From: Candidatus Thalassarchaeaceae archaeon
GTDB taxonomy: Archaea > Thermoplasmatota > Poseidoniia > Poseidoniales > Thalassarchaeaceae
NCBI GenBank assembly: GCA_963582685.1
Contig: CAUZSM010000001.1
Coordinates: forward strand, 1 to 37,705
Direction: 5' to 3'
DNA length: 37,705 bases
Positions 33,234 through 37,705 of the stretch are shown piece by piece. Below the pieces are notes generated by a model. It saw only the letters and a program-made list of their open reading frames with translations, made no database searches and was not told the origin of the DNA. Numbering within the stretch: the first letter of the stretch is position 1; the number at the start of each line of letters is the position of its first letter. The position numbers were made by a program, and so were the translations under genes.

Positions 33234-35101
33234 CCATCGTGACGGGTAGCCTCACCAGTCGTCTTGTCCAACTCACCTGTCTGTACTGCCCACAGGTCTG
33301 CATAGACTCCCTCGGCAGCAATCAATTCATTGTGACTACCGCGTTCGACCACTACTCCTTCGACCAGCACCAATATCTGGTCAGCATCGCGAATAGTGGA
33401 TAGACGATGGGCTACAGCAACCGTCATCCGATCCTGCTTGAATTGGTTGAGATTACGCTGGATAATCTCCTCAGTGCGGGTATCGACAGCGCTGGTCGCT
33501 TCATCGAGAATCAGCAATGGTGGTTTGCGCATTATCGCTCGCGCCAGAGAAACGCGCTGGCGCTGACCGCCAGACAGCTTGACGCCTCGGTCGCCGACGA
33601 TGGTATCGTAGCCATCGGATAGATCGTTGATGATGAACTCGTGCGCTCCGGCCAAACTTGCGGCTTCCTGAACCAACTCATCGCTCGCGCTCTGGTCTGA
33701 GTAAGCGATGTTCTCACGAACTGTACCGTGGAACAGATAGACATCCTGTGACACGTACCCAATTTGGTCCCTGATGCTTTCCAACGTCAGCGATTGAATG
33801 TTGTCTCCATTCATTGCTACCGAACCATTGTCCGGCTCATAATATCGCAATAGCAACTTGACGATGGTCGATTTACCTGCTCCGGTAGGACCGACAATAC
33901 CGATGCTGTGATTTCGCCGCAACTCGAACGAAACCCCGTTCAGCACCTTGCCTCCTCTGGGATATCCAAAGTGTACGTCATCGAAGGAAATTGATTGGGT
34001 CGGGCCCGCAAGCGGCTTCGCATTCTCACTGTCAACAATGCTCGGCTCAAGGTCAATCATCGCGAATACCCGGCGGGCGCTCGCCTCGCTCTTCTGGATT
34101 TGATTGACTAGCATCCCGAGGATGAATAGCGGCATTGACATCCGCGTCGACATCAGCAAGAAAGTCACAAATTGGCCGGGAGTGATTCCCCCCAACTCTG
34201 GACCCAGCAACACAAGGTAGCCACCAGCGGTAGCAAGGATTCCGAAGGCAAGCCCCGCAATGACATAGATGCCCGGCAGGAAGCGGGTCCTCTCTACGGT
34301 AGCACCAATGGCTGCATCCATGTATGATAGTGATTCGCGGCCGACCCGTTCGGACTCATACACCTCAGCATTGTATGCCTGCACGACACCCATTCCCGCG
34401 ATATTGTTGGCAAGTACCGAGTTAATGTCTCCGAAGGATTGACGGGATTCTCGATATTTTCTCTGAACTCTCGTTGAGAAGAAATAGATGAGAGGCAAAA
34501 TGATGAGAATGGGAATGAAAAGCAGCACCGTGAGTTTCCATGACATCCACATCAGAATCAAGAAGGCAACGGAGAAAGTGATAACGATGCGTATCATCGA
34601 GGTTGAAGCGTCGGATAGGAAGTTCTCCAACTGGTTCACATCAGCGGATAATACCGACATGATATCGCCGGTCTGTCTATCCTCAAAGTAGCGTATTTCC
34701 ATCTTAATCAGTGTATTGAATGCCGACATCCGAATGTCGTGCTGCAAATATTGCGCTAACGTCTCCCAAGCGTAATTCGAGATGCCTTGAAACAAAGCCA
34801 GCCCACAAAAACCACCGAGGATTAGCATTCCGTAGAACAGGTAATCTTCGAAGACGAGAGTCGTATCGGCCTGTTGTGCATTGAGCAAAGCGTCGGTCAG
34901 CAGCCCCATTGCAACGAATGGAAGCAGGTCAAAGGCCCGTGCAGCAGCGTTACTGAGAACGCCAATTGTGAAACGAGCCTTGTAGGGACGGATGTATGGA
35001 AGAACCCTCCACAACTTTCTGCCCAATACCTGCTTGTCGCCAGACTCGTCAAGCCCGTCCTGAGAGGACTTGGCGGTTTTTCCTTGAGGTGATGGCATCA
35101 T
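33230..35101 (-). CDS. ABC exporter, fused permease/ATPase (MsbA/MdlB-like type I exporter)
   Basis: Six-TM N-terminal half, Walker A GPTGAGKST, signature LSGGQRQR, and Walker B LLILDEATS. The start is set at ATG 35101 because the longer ORF runs into the tRNA gene. Confidence 0.85.
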   Translation of the reverse strand: MMPSPQGKTAKSSQDGLDESGDKQVLGRKLWRVLPYIRPYKARFTIGVLSNAAARAFDLLPFVAMGLLTDALLNAQQADTTLVFEDYLFYGMLILGGFCGLALFQGISNYAWETLAQYLQHDIRMSAFNTLIKMEIRYFEDRQTGDIMSVLSADVNQLENFLSDASTSMIRIVITFSVAFLILMWMSWKLTVLLFIPILIILPLIYFFSTRVQRKYRESRQSFGDINSVLANNIAGMGVVQAYNAEVYESERVGRESLSYMDAAIGATVERTRFLPGIYVIAGLAFGILATAGGYLVLLGPELGGITPGQFVTFLLMSTRMSMPLFILGMLVNQIQKSEASARRVFAMIDLEPSIVDSENAKPLAGPTQSISFDDVHFGYPRGGKVLNGVSFELRRNHSIGIVGPTGAGKSTIVKLLLRYYEPDNGSVAMNGDNIQSLTLESIRDQIGYVSQDVYLFHGTVRENIAYSDQSASDELVQEAASLAGAHEFIINDLSDGYDTIVGDRGVKLSGGQRQRVSLARAIMRKPPLLILDEATSAVDTRTEEIIQRNLNQFKQDRMTVAVAHRLSTIRDADQILVLVEGVVVERGSHNELIAAEGVYADLWAVQTGELDKTTGEATRHDG

Positions 35102-35214
35102 GGGCGGTCCTTCGGACCGCGGGGGGCGTGGTCCTGTCTTGAACTTACACATTGAAGATGTGGCGATGTGGGACCGAATTGGATAAGACCGGGAGGCATC
35201 CCGCAAGGATTGCT

Positions 35215-35285
35215 GCGGGTGTGGTGAAGTGGTATCACCTGAGGTTTCCAACCTCATATCGTGGGTTCAATTCCCGCCACCCGCA
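35215..35285 (+). tRNA. tRNA-Gly (anticodon UCC)
   Basis: Hand-folded cloverleaf. The acceptor stem pairs GCGGGTG with CACCCGC. The D arm is GTGA-AGTGGTA-TCAC. The anticodon arm is TGAGG-TTTCCAA-CCTCA. The variable region is TATC. The T arm is GTGGG-TTCAATT-CCCGC. The discriminator is A, and CCA is not encoded. Confidence 0.85.
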
Positions 35286-35317
35286 CTTTGATGGATAGTT
35301 GCCCGGTAGGGGGGTCC

Positions 35318-35533
35318 ATGCGCGGCCGTACCATGCTCGGTCTTGCGATGGTTATTGCCTTCATGCCAATCAACTCCTACCTGTGGGTTTGGCTTATCGA
35401 AGTGATGACAGGCAAACAGTTCACGACTGCATTCGTAGCCGTCGTGATGCTCCCTCTATTCGTCATCGGCCTCTTGATGGGTTTCTCCGGGCGTCTTCGT
35501 TCTGATGCTGATGAAGCCGGCGAGGAGGAATGA
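35318..35533 (+). CDS. Small two-TM membrane protein with an acidic tail
   Basis: Hydrophobic segments LGLAMVIAFMPINSYLWVWLI and AFVAVVMLPLFVIGLLMGF. The stop overlaps the MFS start (ATGA). A G-rich tract lies upstream of ATG 35318; ATG 35291 is the alternative. Confidence 0.35.
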   Translation: MRGRTMLGLAMVIAFMPINSYLWVWLIEVMTGKQFTTAFVAVVMLPLFVIGLLMGFSGRLRSDADEAGEEE

Positions 35534-36900
35534 GGGTGACTTCCACCATCTGGCTGATGATTGGGACAATGGCAGCGGCTCTTGGGCTCGCGTTCTGGCT
35601 CGGATTTAGAATGGAGAGATTACTCGACAGCGATGACAATACCTACGATGATTGGGGGAAGCGGAGAGCGTTCGCCTGGAATGTCTCTGGAAGGTCATTC
35701 ATGGAAGCCTCTTGGTTCATGTTTGGCTACACCGTGTACCGCTTTCGGGCTGAGGACCTCGGTGCACCTGTTTGGTTCACTCCAATCTTCCTCGGAATGA
35801 TGGTGCTCGCGTATGGTGTTGGCTCATTCATATGGGGAACAATCGCTGATAAGATTGGCAGAAGGAAGCAGTTGCTTCTCATCGGTACTGTCGCGCTGGT
35901 CATCAGCATGGCTTTGATGCCATTTCTCAGCCTGATTCCGTTCGTAATCTTGGTGTTCCTACAGATTCTGATGGCCGGTTGTGTGCGCATCTCGTTCGCG
36001 CTCGCATCGGAGTGGACAGCTGACCACAGCGGTGAGGCAATCGGCTTGATGCACGCCACTGGCTGGATGCTCGCTGTGGCTGTGGGAGTGTTGGCGGGTG
36101 GCATCTACGACATTTACGGCATGGGTGCAGTCGCAATAATCGGCTGTTCTCTATACGCCATCGCTGGGGTGTGCTACCTGCAGATGACCGGGGAAGAGGT
36201 CGAGGAAATCAAGTCGTTCAGAGATGACGATGCATCCTCTGGCGGATTCGACCCGATTGGAACTACCAAGGCTCTGTTCACCTTCCAGAGTCGCTGGCCA
36301 CTACTCATCCTCGGCGTTGTCCTGCTAATCACCATACCACGAGGAGCGATTGTGCTCACCAGTCTCAATTACATCGAAAAAATCGGCTTCGATCTCGACC
36401 TTGTTTTCATCTTTGAAGCGTGGGCTCTCGCACTCAATGTCGTCCTATTCACCTACGCTGGAGTCATCTGTGACCGCATCGGCGCTGAGAAGGTTCTGAC
36501 CGCTGCAGCATTCGGATACTTCGTGCTTTGGTCACTGTTCGCAGTCGGAATGCCAGCCGTCATCGCGGTGACCATCTATCTGATACCAGTCGTTGGACTG
36601 CTCTACACCTCCAGTGATTCACTGCTGGCTCGCCACACCACTCTTGAGGAGAGAAATCGAGGCGTTGGAATCAGCGCAGCAGCACTATTCGTCGGACAAT
36701 TCATCGGTTCTGCATCTGGAGGATTAATCATGGCAGCACTGAACCATCTGCCTGAGGTGAACCAATACTTGTGGTCGTATCGAGTGATGGCCCCGATTCT
36801 GGGCGTAGCCACCTTCCTTGGTTGGCGACTGGTCAAGGCAATGGAGAACGATGAGGGTGATGGAACTCTCGACGCGGTTCTTGAGGCTGAGGTGGTCTAG
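35530..36900 (+). CDS. MFS transporter
   Basis: About 12 TM helices and MFS motif A GTIADKIGRRKQLL between TM2 and TM3. Confidence 0.8.
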   Translation: MRVTSTIWLMIGTMAAALGLAFWLGFRMERLLDSDDNTYDDWGKRRAFAWNVSGRSFMEASWFMFGYTVYRFRAEDLGAPVWFTPIFLGMMVLAYGVGSFIWGTIADKIGRRKQLLLIGTVALVISMALMPFLSLIPFVILVFLQILMAGCVRISFALASEWTADHSGEAIGLMHATGWMLAVAVGVLAGGIYDIYGMGAVAIIGCSLYAIAGVCYLQMTGEEVEEIKSFRDDDASSGGFDPIGTTKALFTFQSRWPLLILGVVLLITIPRGAIVLTSLNYIEKIGFDLDLVFIFEAWALALNVVLFTYAGVICDRIGAEKVLTAAAFGYFVLWSLFAVGMPAVIAVTIYLIPVVGLLYTSSDSLLARHTTLEERNRGVGISAAALFVGQFIGSASGGLIMAALNHLPEVNQYLWSYRVMAPILGVATFLGWRLVKAMENDEGDGTLDAVLEAEVV

Positions 36901-37634
36901 ACTCGCTCAAGTAATCGTGAGAATCCAAAGGTGAAGGAGCGCCCGTCGAGTAACTCGCCCCAATGATGAACTTCCAATCGGTAGGAAGATTGCTTGTGAT
37001 TGAGGAAAACATCCTCGCGACCAAGCACAGTGAATGATTGTGGCGCAACCGACATTCCTAGTCCGCACGCCTTCTGAACTGCCTCTTTCACTACCCAAGT
37101 TCGAGTCGTCTCCTGCATTCCAGTCCACTCATTGATGTCCCAAAGTCGGTCAAGATAGTCGAATTCCTCTCCGCTCACCATGAATGGAAGCAGGTTTCTT
37201 GGACGTGGCAAGTCGAGTGGCTCGGCGTCAAGGCCTATCCATGTCTCGTCAAGTGATAGGGCGGCGACTGCGCATCCATTTGAGTGACCTATACTGATCT
37301 CAGGCAATGCTTCACCTGACTGTCCAGCGCGATAGATTAGTGATGGTCGGCGGTTCTCATCGCGGGTAATCGCAAGATTGGCGACATCGAATCCTTGCTG
37401 CTTAAGCAGAGTAGCGAGGACATATCTGCCAGATGCGTGTTCATGCGCTCGCTTTGGAATCGAAAAAGATGCTGCCTCGGCCGCATCAACAAGCGGTGCT
37501 GCCGCAAGGTCAGGCATCTCATCGGTCGCTGCGGACTCAGCAATTGGCATCCACGCAGCGACCACACTGCCTTCGCCGATGGCAATAGGTAGAGGCAGAG
37601 GGGATACCGACCCTGCTGGGAGCCATTCTGACAT
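36897..37634 (-). CDS. 4'-phosphopantetheinyl transferase (Sfp-type)
   Basis: PPTase motifs SIGHSNGCAVAA, IGLDAEPL and WVVKEAVQKACG. ATG at 37634; the longest ORF starts at 37646. Confidence 0.7.
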   Translation of the reverse strand: MSEWLPAGSVSPLPLPIAIGEGSVVAAWMPIAESAATDEMPDLAAAPLVDAAEAASFSIPKRAHEHASGRYVLATLLKQQGFDVANLAITRDENRRPSLIYRAGQSGEALPEISIGHSNGCAVAALSLDETWIGLDAEPLDLPRPRNLLPFMVSGEEFDYLDRLWDINEWTGMQETTRTWVVKEAVQKACGLGMSVAPQSFTVLGREDVFLNHKQSSYRLEVHHWGELLDGRSFTFGFSRLLERV

Positions 37635-37705
37635 ACAAAACACCAATTGGAGATTTAATTTTTCAATTGCATACTCAACCCTTTCTCGTCAGGGAGAATT
37701 GCAGT

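Noticed and set aside
35102-35257. A 52-codon N-terminal extension of the ABC exporter ORF (the track gives 33230..35257)
   Set aside because: The extension runs antisense through the tRNA-Gly gene (35215-35285) and encodes a non-hydrophobic Pro/Ser/Arg-rich peptide. ATG 35101 gives a normal exporter N-terminus.
35261-35317. The 5' part of the 90-aa ORF starting at 35261
   Set aside because: It starts inside the tRNA-Gly gene. Only a shorter form starting downstream of the tRNA is plausible.
35215-37705. tRNA-Gly as an integration site for an island carrying the small membrane protein, MFS and PPTase genes
   Set aside because: I found no direct repeat of the tRNA 3' end downstream within the window, no integrase and no visible compositional shift.

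Overview
This is a gene-dense archaeal chromosomal window with about 38 supportable CDS and one tRNA-Gly(UCC). I found no rRNA, CRISPR array or obvious mobile element. Archaeal information-processing genes are present: a fibrillarin-Nop5 pair, TFS, PCNA, NMD3 and Csl4. They are interleaved with bacterial- or eukaryote-type accessory genes: a SMUG1-type UDG, Fpg, RmuC, fused isobutyryl-CoA mutase IcmF, an Sfp-type PPTase, an M23 peptidase and SCO1. This mosaic resembles marine planktonic Thermoplasmatota (MGII/III-like), but that placement is inference only. The most unusual items are: (1) A complete exosome cap subunit Csl4 continues in frame into an RGG box, a CxxC-x17-CxxC zinc module, a canonical RRM and a (GGGGR)n tail. 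(2) One canonical aquaporin sits beside two divergent MIP-like paralogs that lack both NPA motifs, and each paralog is preceded by a copy of a conserved upstream DNA block containing an inverted repeat. (3) A COG1031-type radical-SAM protein with a helix-hairpin-helix tail is translationally coupled to a SMUG1-type uracil-DNA glycosylase. (4) Three convergent gene pairs share a palindromic CTAG that supplies a TAG stop on both strands. All family calls come from motif recognition by eye, and no database search was run.
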